A DNA stretch of 64,000 bases from an uncultured Pelagibacteraceae bacterium (GTDB taxonomy: Bacteria; Pseudomonadota; Alphaproteobacteria; Pelagibacterales; Pelagibacteraceae), in assembly GCA_902603475.1 (NCBI GenBank), contig CACKUZ010000002.1:4588-68587 (forward strand), written 5' to 3'. The translations under genes were made by a program, and so were the position numbers. Each line of letters opens with the position of its first letter. The first letter of the stretch is position 1. This document shows positions 30,368-39,528 of this stretch, piece by piece. Under the pieces are notes generated by a model that was not told the origin of the DNA, did not search any database, and worked only from the letters and a program-made list of their open reading frames with translations.

Positions 30368-31965
30368 TGTCGGACAAAATATACATATTTGATACAACTT
30401 TACGTGATGGTGCACAAACACAGGGAGTGGATTTTTCTTTAGATGACAAAGAAAAAATCTCTATTGCATTGGATAATCTTGGTGTCGATTACATAGAGGG
30501 AGGATGGCCTGGAGCTAATCCCACAGATACAGAGTTTTTTAACAAGCAACATTCTTTTAATAATTCTATATTGACAGCCTTTGGAATGACAAAAAAATCT
30601 GATCACAGTGCCGAGAATGATCCAATGATTTCATCTTTAATAAATTCCAAGGCAAATTCAATTTGTTTATTTGGAAAATCTTGGGATTTTCATGTTGATG
30701 TTGCATTAGGGATATCCAAAGATCAAAATTTAAAAAATATTAGTGAAAGTGCAAAACATATAATCAATTCTGGAAAAGAATTCATGTTTGATGCTGAGCA
30801 CTTTTTTGATGGTTATAAATCAAATAAAGAATACGCTTTAAGTTGCATTAAATCTGCATATGATCAAGGTGCTAGATGGATTATTTTGTGTGATACCAAT
30901 GGTGGTACCTTACCCCACGAAATATCAAAAATAGTTTTAGATGTATCAAAACATATACCAGGTAAAAATTTAGGAATACATGCACATAATGATACAGAAA
31001 ATGCAGTTGCAAATTCTTTAGTTGCAATCCAAGCAGGTGTAAGACAGGTGCAGGGAACGATTAATGGATTAGGTGAAAGATGTGGTAACGCCAACTTAAT
31101 GTCTCTCATACCATCATTATATTTAAAACCAGAGTTTTCTAAGAATTTTGAAATAAATATAAAAGACAAGAATATTAAACATCTAACACAATGCTCTAGA
31201 TTATTAGATGAAATTTTAAACAGAAAACCTAACAAACATTTGCCTTATGTGGGTGCTGCAGCTTTTTCACACAAAGGTGGAATGCATGTTTCAGCGGTTC
31301 AAAAAAACCCAAAAACTTATGAACACATTGATCCAAAAGAAGTTGGCAATGTAAGAAATATAGTTATTTCAGATCAAGCTGGACAATCAAATATATTATC
31401 TAGATTAGGAACCATTGGAATTGATATAAAAAAAAATGACCCTAAAATTAAAGAACTTTTAGATGAAGTTAAAGGAAGAGAATTTATTGGTTATAGCTAT
31501 GATGGTGCAGACGCATCATTTGAATTATTAGCAAGAAGAATAGTTAGTGAAATACCTAGATACTTAATTATTAAGGCATACGATGTGTCTGTTAAAAAAA
31601 ATTCCTCAGGAGAAATTATTTCATCTGCTAAAGCAGAGTTAGAAGTAGATGGAGAAACAATTATCTGTGAGGGTGAGGGGAATGGACCAGTAAATGCCTT
31701 GGATAATGCAATTAGAAATAATATAAAAAAAATTTCAAAATACTCTGATTATCTTAAGGATCTAAGACTAGTTGATTATAAAGTACGAATATTAAATACA
31801 GGAACAGAGGCTGTAACCAGAGTTTCCATAGAAAGCACAGACTCTAAAGGAAAAAACTGGTTTACAATTGGAGTTTCTCCAAACATTATAGATGCATCTT
31901 TTAAAGCATTAATAGATAGTCTTGATTATAAATTATTCAAAGATAATGCACCAGCAAGTGCTTAA
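30367..31965 (+). CDS. cimA: Citramalate synthase
   Basis: DTTLRDGAQ, EGGWPGANP, DAEHFFDG, HAHND, HKGGMH, LeuA-type regulatory domain. Confidence 0.9.
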   Translation: MSDKIYIFDTTLRDGAQTQGVDFSLDDKEKISIALDNLGVDYIEGGWPGANPTDTEFFNKQHSFNNSILTAFGMTKKSDHSAENDPMISSLINSKANSICLFGKSWDFHVDVALGISKDQNLKNISESAKHIINSGKEFMFDAEHFFDGYKSNKEYALSCIKSAYDQGARWIILCDTNGGTLPHEISKIVLDVSKHIPGKNLGIHAHNDTENAVANSLVAIQAGVRQVQGTINGLGERCGNANLMSLIPSLYLKPEFSKNFEINIKDKNIKHLTQCSRLLDEILNRKPNKHLPYVGAAAFSHKGGMHVSAVQKNPKTYEHIDPKEVGNVRNIVISDQAGQSNILSRLGTIGIDIKKNDPKIKELLDEVKGREFIGYSYDGADASFELLARRIVSEIPRYLIIKAYDVSVKKNSSGEIISSAKAELEVDGETIICEGEGNGPVNALDNAIRNNIKKISKYSDYLKDLRLVDYKVRILNTGTEAVTRVSIESTDSKGKNWFTIGVSPNIIDASFKALIDSLDYKLFKDNAPASA

Positions 31966-32678
31966 TGAATTTAAATAATATATCATTTATTTTACACAAA
32001 CCTCAGCTATCTGAAAATATAGGATTATGCGCAAGAGGAATCAAGAACTTTGGCTTTAAAAATTTATCATTGATAGATCCAAAGCCAATATTTCCAAATG
32101 ACAAAATCAAAGCAACTTCAGTTGGAGCTAAAGATATAATAGAAAAAGCAAATATTTATCCTAATTTAGAAAAATCTTTAAACAAAACTGACATTCTTAT
32201 TGCAACATCAGCAAGATTTAGAAATAAAAATATTAAACATATTTCTTTACAAGAATTAAAAAAAATTGATTTTTCAAAAAAGGTAAGTTTTTTGTTTGGT
32301 TCTGAAGCTTCAGGTTTAACAAATAATGAAGTGAGTTATGCTGACTATACTTTACAGATCCCAAGTAATGCTAAATTCAGGTCTTTAAATCTTTCACACA
32401 GTCTAGTAATTGTAGCTCAAACTGTTTCAAACTTAATTTCAAAAGAAAAATTTGATTTTCAAAAATCAAAAAAAATACAAAAAGCAACTAAGAAAGAAAT
32501 ATCTGCAATGTTAAATTTTTGTTTAACAAACCTAGAAAATAAAAATTTTTTTAAACAAAAAGCTAAAAAGCCCATAATGCTTGAAAATTTAAGAAGTATT
32601 TTTTATAAAATGGAACTTTCTCAAAAAGAAACACGCATTTTATCAAGTATATTTGCTGGTTTAATAAAAAAACCTTGA
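31965..32678 (+). CDS. TrmJ-family SPOUT tRNA methyltransferase
   Basis: PQLSENIG..AR, FGSEASGL.N.E, SLNLSHS. Confidence 0.88.
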   Translation: MNLNNISFILHKPQLSENIGLCARGIKNFGFKNLSLIDPKPIFPNDKIKATSVGAKDIIEKANIYPNLEKSLNKTDILIATSARFRNKNIKHISLQELKKIDFSKKVSFLFGSEASGLTNNEVSYADYTLQIPSNAKFRSLNLSHSLVIVAQTVSNLISKEKFDFQKSKKIQKATKKEISAMLNFCLTNLENKNFFKQKAKKPIMLENLRSIFYKMELSQKETRILSSIFAGLIKKP

Positions 32679-32706
32679 TTGACAAAAATATATTGATGTC
32701 TATAAA
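32679..32706 (+). promoter_or_regulatory. Putative sigma70 promoter of rpsD
   Basis: TTGACA-N16-TATAAA, 15 nt before the ATG. Confidence 0.55.
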
Positions 32707-32721
32707 CCCAATAACTTTAAT

Positions 32722-33339
32722 ATGACAAAACGATTAAACTCAAAACATAAAGTCGATAGAAGACTTAAAGTAAATTTATGGGGTAGACCTAAAAGTCCAT
32801 TTAATACTAGAGCATATCCCCCTGGACAACACGGTCAGTCAAAATCATCTAAACCATCTGATTATGGAGTTCAGCTTCAAGCTAAACAAAAATTAAAGTG
32901 TTACTATGGTAACATGAACGAAAGACAGTTTAGAAACATGTATAAAAGAGCAATAATGAAAAAAGGTGATACTGCTGAAAATTTAATTGGATTATTAGAA
33001 AGAAGACTTGATGCAGTGATCTATCGATCAAAACTATCAAATACTATTTTTTCCTCAAGACAATTAATTAATCATGGACATGTAAGAGTAAATGGAAAAA
33101 AAGTTAATATATCAAGTTACCAAGTTAAAGAAGAAGACAGCATTGAAATTAGAGATAAATCTAAACAATTAGCGTTGATCGATATTGCACTTGCTAACAA
33201 AGAAAGAGAAGTTCCAGAATATTTACAATTAGATGAAAAAAACAAAAAAGTTAAATTTGTTAGAATTCCGAAGTTTGAAGAAGTCCCTTATCCAGTCGTC
33301 ATGGAGCCTAATTTAGTAATTGAATATTATTCAAGATAA
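32722..33339 (+). CDS. rpsD: 30S ribosomal protein S4
   Basis: PPGQHG, LERRLD, RQLINHGH, IEYYSR. Confidence 0.97.
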   Translation: MTKRLNSKHKVDRRLKVNLWGRPKSPFNTRAYPPGQHGQSKSSKPSDYGVQLQAKQKLKCYYGNMNERQFRNMYKRAIMKKGDTAENLIGLLERRLDAVIYRSKLSNTIFSSRQLINHGHVRVNGKKVNISSYQVKEEDSIEIRDKSKQLALIDIALANKEREVPEYLQLDEKNKKVKFVRIPKFEEVPYPVVMEPNLVIEYYSR

Positions 33340-33344
33340 TTTTT

Positions 33345-33956
33345 CTGATCAAAAGAACATCAATAACCCATATAGAAAAAACTCTTTCAGAAAACCCAGA
33401 CTGGAAAATTTTAGATATTGGTTGTGGATATGGCGCTAATAAATATGCAACAACAGTCAGTGATATATTAGACCTATCAAATCATTATAAAGATAAATCA
33501 TTCGTAAAGATTAAAGAAAAAAAATTACCCTTTAAAGATAAGGAGTTTGACTTTGTTATTGCCTCACATGTGGCTGAACATGTTGAGGATGTTTCTTATT
33601 TTTTAAATGAATTATCTAGAGTAGGAAAAAAAGGATATATTGAAGTCCCAACAAGACTTGAAGATAATTTGGTTTTTGAAAATAAAAAAGCTCATATTTG
33701 GCACTTAGTATTTGATGATGTTAATAATCAAATTAATATCTCAAAAAAACAACAATATTTTGAACCAGTTTTAACTGTAGGAACAATAAAAAAATTAAAT
33801 GAATATTTTCGTGAAAGTTTAGTAATAGAATTAAGTTGGGAAGATAATATTGAATTCAATATATCAAAAGATAATACTTATATATCTGATAAAATATCTA
33901 TACTTAGCCTATTTAAAAAATACTTTTCTAAAAAAATCAGATCGTTAATTAAATAA
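33345..33956 (+). CDS. Class I SAM-dependent methyltransferase, probable non-canonical (CTG) start
   Basis: The frame is open upstream of the track ORF (33570) and contains ILDIGCGYG (SAM motif I) and LPFKDKEFDFVIASHVAEHV. Confidence 0.8.
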   Translation: MIKRTSITHIEKTLSENPDWKILDIGCGYGANKYATTVSDILDLSNHYKDKSFVKIKEKKLPFKDKEFDFVIASHVAEHVEDVSYFLNELSRVGKKGYIEVPTRLEDNLVFENKKAHIWHLVFDDVNNQINISKKQQYFEPVLTVGTIKKLNEYFRESLVIELSWEDNIEFNISKDNTYISDKISILSLFKKYFSKKIRSLIK

Positions 33957-33995
33957 ATGATTTATTAGATCTTAATTATTATTAAAATATCTTAA

Positions 33996-34601
33996 TTATT
34001 TATAAGCTTCATTTTTTAACCATTTAGAAAATTCTTTTGAAGAAATATCTACTCTTAAATTATTTTCATAATTTTTTTTATTTTTAAATTCCTTTGAATA
34101 ATGTGTGCATGTAACTCCTATTTCTCCACTATCAGATGCAAATATAACGGCAGTCATGGTACTTTTACCTGTAATATCTTCACTAGCTTTATATGTACCC
34201 TCATAATCTTTTGTGAAATTAGTTAATGAATTTTCTATTTCAGCAACTATTTCGTCTTTCTTTAAATAACAATCTTTTATATTTGGATAGAATAACGCGC
34301 CAATAACAGAATCAACTACAAGCAACTTTCTTTTACTTAAATTGTAATTAATTTGATTATAGTGAAATTGAAGCACTTCGTATTCACTTGATTTTTTTGT
34401 ATTTAATTGCAAACCAACAAATTTATTATCATTATATTCATATAGCCTTGCATTCTCAATTTCTTTTTTACTATAGTAATCAAATAAATTATCTCCAATA
34501 CTAATTCCATCTATTTCAAATTCAGTAATATTTTCAGCTTTCAAAAACGGGTTAATTATAAAAGTTAACAATATTACAAAGAGTACCCTTAATTGAATCA
34601 T
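33996..34601 (-). CDS. Exported two-Cys paralog, array copy 9 (last)
   Basis: Signal peptide, then AENITEFEIDGISIGDNL; KDC and VTC; ATGA overlap with the upstream copy. Confidence 0.85.
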   Translation of the reverse strand: MIQLRVLFVILLTFIINPFLKAENITEFEIDGISIGDNLFDYYSKKEIENARLYEYNDNKFVGLQLNTKKSSEYEVLQFHYNQINYNLSKRKLLVVDSVIGALFYPNIKDCYLKKDEIVAEIENSLTNFTKDYEGTYKASEDITGKSTMTAVIFASDSGEIGVTCTHYSKEFKNKKNYENNLRVDISSKEFSKWLKNEAYK

Positions 34602-35161
34602 CGACTTAACCAATTTGAGAATTCAGGCAGTCTGATAGCAAGATCAAGACCTGGTTGGATATTAACTTCTTCCCTAAACTCATAACATTGAATTAAGACT
34701 TTGCCACTATCAATTTTAAATGAAACATTATGAACAAAACTTTTTCCCTCAGGATCATATCTGCTTGGGAATACATTTTCGTATGGTGATACACTAAAAA
34801 TATCTTTAATTTGAGTTTTAATTTTTTGTTGTTGTTCAAGACATTGATTATTTTCATCAAAATCAAAATCAATCATCCCGTTTAGTCCATAAATAATAAG
34901 TTTTTTATCATTATATTTAAGGTCTACTGAAATATAATCGTAGGTGTTAAAGTTATTCTCAATATATAACCTGTAATATTTGTTCTTTTCTGGTTGACTA
35001 TAATTATTACGATCAAAATTTTTTATTTCATTAATTTTGAAATATTTCAATAAACTATCTCCAACACTCATATTTTCAATTTGAAAATCTTTTATATCAT
35101 CTGCCTTGGTTAAGGACTGCAAATTAAAGACTAAAATTAATATTATAAATAGTATTTTCAT
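34598..35161 (-). CDS. Exported two-Cys paralog, array copy 8
   Basis: ADDIKDFQIENMSVGDSLL; NQC, DPEGKS, IQC. Confidence 0.88.
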   Translation of the reverse strand: MKILFIILILVFNLQSLTKADDIKDFQIENMSVGDSLLKYFKINEIKNFDRNNYSQPEKNKYYRLYIENNFNTYDYISVDLKYNDKKLIIYGLNGMIDFDFDENNQCLEQQQKIKTQIKDIFSVSPYENVFPSRYDPEGKSFVHNVSFKIDSGKVLIQCYEFREEVNIQPGLDLAIRLPEFSNWLSR

Positions 35162-35167
35162 AAAATT

Positions 35168-35752
35168 TTAATAAGGATTACCTCTTAAAAAGTCTTCTAA
35201 TTCTTTATTGGTTACACTAATGCTTAATTCATCTGTCCAACCATTCAATTCTCTTATTGTATCACCCATTTCTACACAATTTATAGAAATATATCCTTTA
35301 TTCTTTAAAAAAAACCAACTACCAAAACTTTTTGATTTTCCAGATTTATCTGGTGCAAAAGGAGAGTCTTCATCAATTCTCTCAAAATCTTTAAACATTA
35401 CTTCTAAATCATCAATAATAGTTTTCTTTTGCTCTAAGCATTTCTCTATATTCCTATCAAAATCTAATACACCATCTATGCTATATATTTTGTAAGTGTT
35501 ATCATTAGGTTTAAATGTTACTTGAAGTCGGTCATATGTTTGAGAAAGCTTATTTATAAAAATAACGACAAATTCATTATTTTTATAGTACGTCGGATTT
35601 TTTAAAGCCAAATTAATTTCACTTTGTGATAAATACTCCAGGAGGCTCGTGTTTATTCCAATACCATCGATCTCAAAATCTCCAATGTCATCAGCATTAA
35701 TTAAAGATTGAAGATTTAGGATTAAAGCTAGAACTAATAAAAATATTTTCAT
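35168..35752 (-). CDS. Exported two-Cys paralog, array copy 7
   Basis: ADDIGDFEIDGIGINTSLL; EKC, DKSGKS, INC. Confidence 0.88.
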   Translation of the reverse strand: MKIFLLVLALILNLQSLINADDIGDFEIDGIGINTSLLEYLSQSEINLALKNPTYYKNNEFVVIFINKLSQTYDRLQVTFKPNDNTYKIYSIDGVLDFDRNIEKCLEQKKTIIDDLEVMFKDFERIDEDSPFAPDKSGKSKSFGSWFFLKNKGYISINCVEMGDTIRELNGWTDELSISVTNKELEDFLRGNPY

Positions 35753-35754
35753 CT

Positions 35755-36333
35755 TCAATAATTTGCATTTACAAAATCTTGAAATTTTTTAGAAAGTATC
35801 ATTAATTCAAGATTGTCTTCAAAATTGATTTCATCACTCCAGTCCATACATTCAAGATTTACTAAACCACTTCCATCATTAAATTCGAACGAATGCCAAC
35901 TTCCTACGGATTTTCCACTTTTGTCATAATTATGTGGTGTAATGCCATGGTTTATATATTTAGTATTAGATTTTAAAATTTCTTTGATTGATGTAAGAAT
36001 CTCTTTTTCTTTTTTCAAACATTTTTCCATGAAATTATTTTTAAAAAAAATTTTTCCTCCAAATCCTTCAATGATGTAATCTCCACTATTTTCAAAATCA
36101 ATTTGCAAACCATCATAATCAGAATTTTCAAGTTCTAAATAATATGAACCAAATTTTTTTGAACTGTAGTGAAAACTAGCATTATTTTTAATTTGTTTTA
36201 GGTCTGTGTATTTTAATAAACTATCGCCAATACTTATGCCCTCTATCTGGAATTCTTTGATATCCTCAGCTTTTGCCTGAAACTGATAAAAATAAATTAA
36301 AAATAAGTAAATTATGAGTTTTCTAATAAGCAT
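35755..36333 (-). CDS. Exported two-Cys paralog, array copy 6
   Basis: AEDIKEFQIEGISIGDSLL; EKC, DKSGKS, LECMDWS. Confidence 0.88.
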   Translation of the reverse strand: MLIRKLIIYLFLIYFYQFQAKAEDIKEFQIEGISIGDSLLKYTDLKQIKNNASFHYSSKKFGSYYLELENSDYDGLQIDFENSGDYIIEGFGGKIFFKNNFMEKCLKKEKEILTSIKEILKSNTKYINHGITPHNYDKSGKSVGSWHSFEFNDGSGLVNLECMDWSDEINFEDNLELMILSKKFQDFVNANY

Positions 36334-36902
36334 TAATTTAAAAAAGCTGAAAATTTTGCTGATCCTATTGAAACCTTTAAATTATCCACCCATTCATTCT
36401 CTTTGAATAATTTTTCTGACCAATCTGTGCACGAAACTCTCACAAAGCCTCCTGATTTTGGATAAAAATCTATCTGATCTACTATAGAGTCTGGGAAATA
36501 ATAATGTGGACTTTCGTTTTCATAAATTTCAGCATTGATAAACATTAACTTAAATTCATCGCTGATATTTTTTTTATTTTTTTTGCATTCATCATATCTA
36601 TTTGGATAATTTACCAAACCTGTTAAAGCATCAATTATATATTCCTTATTATTTATGTCATAAATAATCTCTATATAATCATAAGGTTGTGGTTTATTAG
36701 GGTTAAAAACAATTACAGCAAAATTGCTGTCTGGATACATCATTTTGTTTTTAACAGCTTTTTCAATCTCATTAAGACTTTTGTATTCAATTAAACTATC
36801 TCCAATGCTCATTCCATCTATCTCAAAATCTTTTACTTTATCAGCCAGGCTCAATGAGTGAAGGCTTAAGATTAAAAGTAAAGCAAAAAAAATATACCTC
36901 AT
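36333..36902 (-). CDS. Exported two-Cys paralog, array copy 5
   Basis: ADKVKDFEIDGMSIGDSLI; DEC, VSCTDWS. Confidence 0.88.
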   Translation of the reverse strand: MRYIFFALLLILSLHSLSLADKVKDFEIDGMSIGDSLIEYKSLNEIEKAVKNKMMYPDSNFAVIVFNPNKPQPYDYIEIIYDINNKEYIIDALTGLVNYPNRYDECKKNKKNISDEFKLMFINAEIYENESPHYYFPDSIVDQIDFYPKSGGFVRVSCTDWSEKLFKENEWVDNLKVSIGSAKFSAFLN

Positions 36903-37017
36903 TAACAATACTTTCCCATCGTGGTCTATTTATGTCAAGATCTCAGATAGGTTAAATTAAATTTTTAATACTCAATTGATTGACAAACAGTCTTGTAATA
37001 ATGAAGGCTATATGTGA
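36903..37017 (-). promoter_or_regulatory. Internal promoter module A of the array
   Basis: Minus strand TTGACA (36938-36933)-N17-GAAAGT (36915-36910), 7 nt before the ATG; colinear with 38223-38338. Confidence 0.65.
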
Positions 37018-37602
37018 TCATTTATGTGCTACAGTGTTTAACCAATTACGAAAATATGCATCTATTATTGTCACTCTGAGATTATCTGTATATCCTACTT
37101 CATCTTCAAACTTTTTACTCCAATCATAACAACTTATTCTCACAACATCTTTTGATTCAAATTCATATTGAATTGCTTTACTAAAGCTATTGCCCGTTTT
37201 ATCTGCTGAATGTTTTTTTTCCCATGACCTTTTTTTAATATTATTTGTAAATATATCTGTAAATTCGGTTTCAATTTCTTTTTGTTTAATATGACAATTT
37301 TTTATATTATTTTCATAAAATATACCCCCAACCACTTGATATATCTTATAATTATTATCTCCATTTTTAACTGTAACTTCAATTAAATCATAATTATCTG
37401 ATAGTATGCTAGTTTGTATAATTTTATATTCTTTGTTTTTATAAAAATATGTGTGAAATTTTTCTATTTCATCTAAACTAAAATACTCAAGCAAACTGTC
37501 TCCAACAGTTATTCCTTCAATTTGAAAATCTCTAATATCTTCAGCTTTCGACAAGGATTGAAGACTAAAGATTAAAGTTAATATTGAAAAAAATATTTTC
37601 AT
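37018..37602 (-). CDS. Exported two-Cys paralog, array copy 4
   Basis: AEDIRDFQIEGITVGDSLL; KNC, DKTGNS, ISCYDWS. Confidence 0.88.
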   Translation of the reverse strand: MKIFFSILTLIFSLQSLSKAEDIRDFQIEGITVGDSLLEYFSLDEIEKFHTYFYKNKEYKIIQTSILSDNYDLIEVTVKNGDNNYKIYQVVGGIFYENNIKNCHIKQKEIETEFTDIFTNNIKKRSWEKKHSADKTGNSFSKAIQYEFESKDVVRISCYDWSKKFEDEVGYTDNLRVTIIDAYFRNWLNTVAHK

Positions 37603-37631
37603 AAAATTTAATTTACCACAATCATTAGTAT

Positions 37632-38222
37632 TTAGTAATTTTCTCTCAAAAATTTTAAAAATTCAGCACTGTTTAAAAGAAAATTTAATGTGTGTACGTA
37701 ATTTTTTTCTTTGTACATTTTGTCAGACCAATAGCTACAATAAATTCTTGCAATGTCGCCGTTTTTAAATTCAAAATTTGTTTCAATAAAATATGAGTCA
37801 CCTGTTTCATCATATACACTTTTGTTTTTTCCATAATCTGTTTTTTTAGCTTTATAAAATAAATTTTCTATATCTTTTATAATTATTTTTTGTGTATCAA
37901 TACATTTGGTAAAATTTTTATGGAATTCAATAATTCCTCCTATTCCATATATTTTATAATTTTTATCATTTTGCTTCCAAGTAATTTTTATATAATCGTA
38001 ATTACTATTATTTTTAGGCGCAAAATATGCTTCATAATATTTTCCTTTTTGGTCATAAAAGCTTCCACTATTAATTATTTTAAATATTTGGTCCTCGCTA
38101 TAATTAAGCAAAATACTATCCCCAATACTCATGCCATCTATTTGAAACTCACTAATATCGTCAGCTTTGGCCAAGAATTGAAGACTAAAGATAAAAAATA
38201 AAAATGAAATAAATATCTTCAT
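37632..38222 (-). CDS. Exported two-Cys paralog, array copy 3
   Basis: ADDISEFQIDGMSIGDSIL; TKC, DETGDS, IYCSYWS; start moved to the ATG preceding the signal peptide. Confidence 0.88.
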   Translation of the reverse strand: MKIFISFLFFIFSLQFLAKADDISEFQIDGMSIGDSILLNYSEDQIFKIINSGSFYDQKGKYYEAYFAPKNNSNYDYIKITWKQNDKNYKIYGIGGIIEFHKNFTKCIDTQKIIIKDIENLFYKAKKTDYGKNKSVYDETGDSYFIETNFEFKNGDIARIYCSYWSDKMYKEKNYVHTLNFLLNSAEFLKFLRENY

Positions 38223-38338
38223 TAACATCACTTTCTCACCGCTCAATATTTGAGTCAAGGCCTCAGCTTAAATTTTAAAATTGTTTTAAATAAAATTGAT
38301 TTGAAAACTAAACGTTAAACTATTAGATTTGTGTGTGA
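38223..38338 (-). promoter_or_regulatory. Internal promoter module B of the array
   Basis: Minus strand TTGACT (38258-38253)-N17-GAAAGT (38235-38230), 7 nt before the ATG; homologous to module A at a 1320-bp offset. Confidence 0.65.
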
Positions 38339-38929
38339 TTAATCGTATGCAACATTATCAACAAAATATACCAATTTCTTTGAGTATATTTCAACTTTAA
38401 CAGAGTCAACTATTCCACTTTGTTCAGACCAATCATTGCATGAAATTTGAATTCTTTCACTACTCATGGATTTATTTTTTCTAAAAATGACCATATCGTA
38501 TGTTCCTCCGTAGGGATCTGCACCAACAGGGTTATTTAATCTGCCAGCATCCTTCTTATAAAAGTTTTTAAAAGCTGATGATATATCGTTAACAATTTCA
38601 TCTTTTTTTTTGTAACAAGCTTGTAAATCTTTTTCATATATAATAATTCCTGCAATACCCTCTATAATGTATTTTTTGTCGTTATGTTTAGTATTAAATT
38701 GCATAGCATCATAATTCTTAAATTTTTCAGATACCACAGAAGATATTATAAAATCTTTCTTTGGATATCTTTCAATATAAAACTTATCTATCTCTTTTTT
38801 TGTAAAATGATCTAACAAACTATCACCCAAAGCTATTCCTTCAATCTCTAGATCTTTAACCCCATCAGCTCTGGAGAATGATTGAAGGAAAAAAAATATA
38901 AATATAATTAATAAAAAAATTCTAGCCAT
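38339..38929 (-). CDS. Exported two-Cys paralog, array copy 2
   Basis: ADGVKDLEIEGIALGDSLL; QAC, ISCNDWS; ATG at 38929. Confidence 0.88.
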   Translation of the reverse strand: MARIFLLIIFIFFFLQSFSRADGVKDLEIEGIALGDSLLDHFTKKEIDKFYIERYPKKDFIISSVVSEKFKNYDAMQFNTKHNDKKYIIEGIAGIIIYEKDLQACYKKKDEIVNDISSAFKNFYKKDAGRLNNPVGADPYGGTYDMVIFRKNKSMSSERIQISCNDWSEQSGIVDSVKVEIYSKKLVYFVDNVAYD

Positions 38930-38934
38930 GATAT

Positions 38935-39519
38935 TTATTTTTCTAATAACCAATCAGTAAATTCAAAATGTTTTGTTCCTACTCTTAAATGATCTAAATA
39001 ACCGATTTTTTCGGACCAATCATAACATTCAATTTCTATAGTACTTCCATCTTTAAAAAAATATAGAATTGATTGAACTTTGCTTTTTCCGCTAGGATCT
39101 GCCTCATGACTTGAAAACTCTTCATGACGAATAAGGTTTGAAGAAATTCCTGAAATATTTTTATCTATTTCATTTAATTTATTGTAACATTCTTTTATAT
39201 TATCTTCATACACGATCATACCTTTCACTAAATATATTTTATAATTTTCATCATTTTTCTTAATTGCAAATTGAACTGCATCATAAGTATTTAATGTAGT
39301 TAATTCCCTAAATTCTACACCTTTGAACTTACCTGGGTTTTTTTTTACATAGGAATAGTAAGAATCTTCAATGCTATTTAAAATTTCGCCTTCATCGAAA
39401 TAATTTAATAAACTATCACCTATGCTCATACCTTCAATTTCAAAGTTTCTAATATCATTAGCCCTGGCATGTGATTGATAAAAAAATATTGTAACAAGTA
39501 TTAAAACAATAAACCTCAT
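38935..39519 (-). CDS. Exported two-Cys paralog, array copy 1
   Basis: ANDIRNFEIEGMSIGDSLL; KEC, DPSGKS, IECYDWS. Confidence 0.88.
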   Translation of the reverse strand: MRFIVLILVTIFFYQSHARANDIRNFEIEGMSIGDSLLNYFDEGEILNSIEDSYYSYVKKNPGKFKGVEFRELTTLNTYDAVQFAIKKNDENYKIYLVKGMIVYEDNIKECYNKLNEIDKNISGISSNLIRHEEFSSHEADPSGKSKVQSILYFFKDGSTIEIECYDWSEKIGYLDHLRVGTKHFEFTDWLLEK

Positions 39520-39528
39520 AATTTTAAA

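Noticed and set aside
1065-31235. Short antisense or out-of-frame track ORFs (1065, 4867, 6551, 7955, 10402, 12291, 14166, 15345, 17244, 17480, 22553, 24198, 24826, 27366, 28767, 29470, 30864)
   Set aside because: They lie opposite well-supported genes and have no recognisable motifs; treated as shadow ORFs.
36900-38338. Duplicated intergenic modules as CRISPR repeats or an IS/MITE
   Set aside because: There are only two degenerate copies, 1.3 kb apart, with no terminal inverted repeats, no regular spacers and no cas genes.
33996-39519. Paralog array as an integron cassette array or a diversity-generating retroelement target
   Set aside because: No integrase or reverse transcriptase is in the window. 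Genes overlap or abut with no attC-like palindromes, and there is no near-identical template/variable repeat pair differing at adenines.
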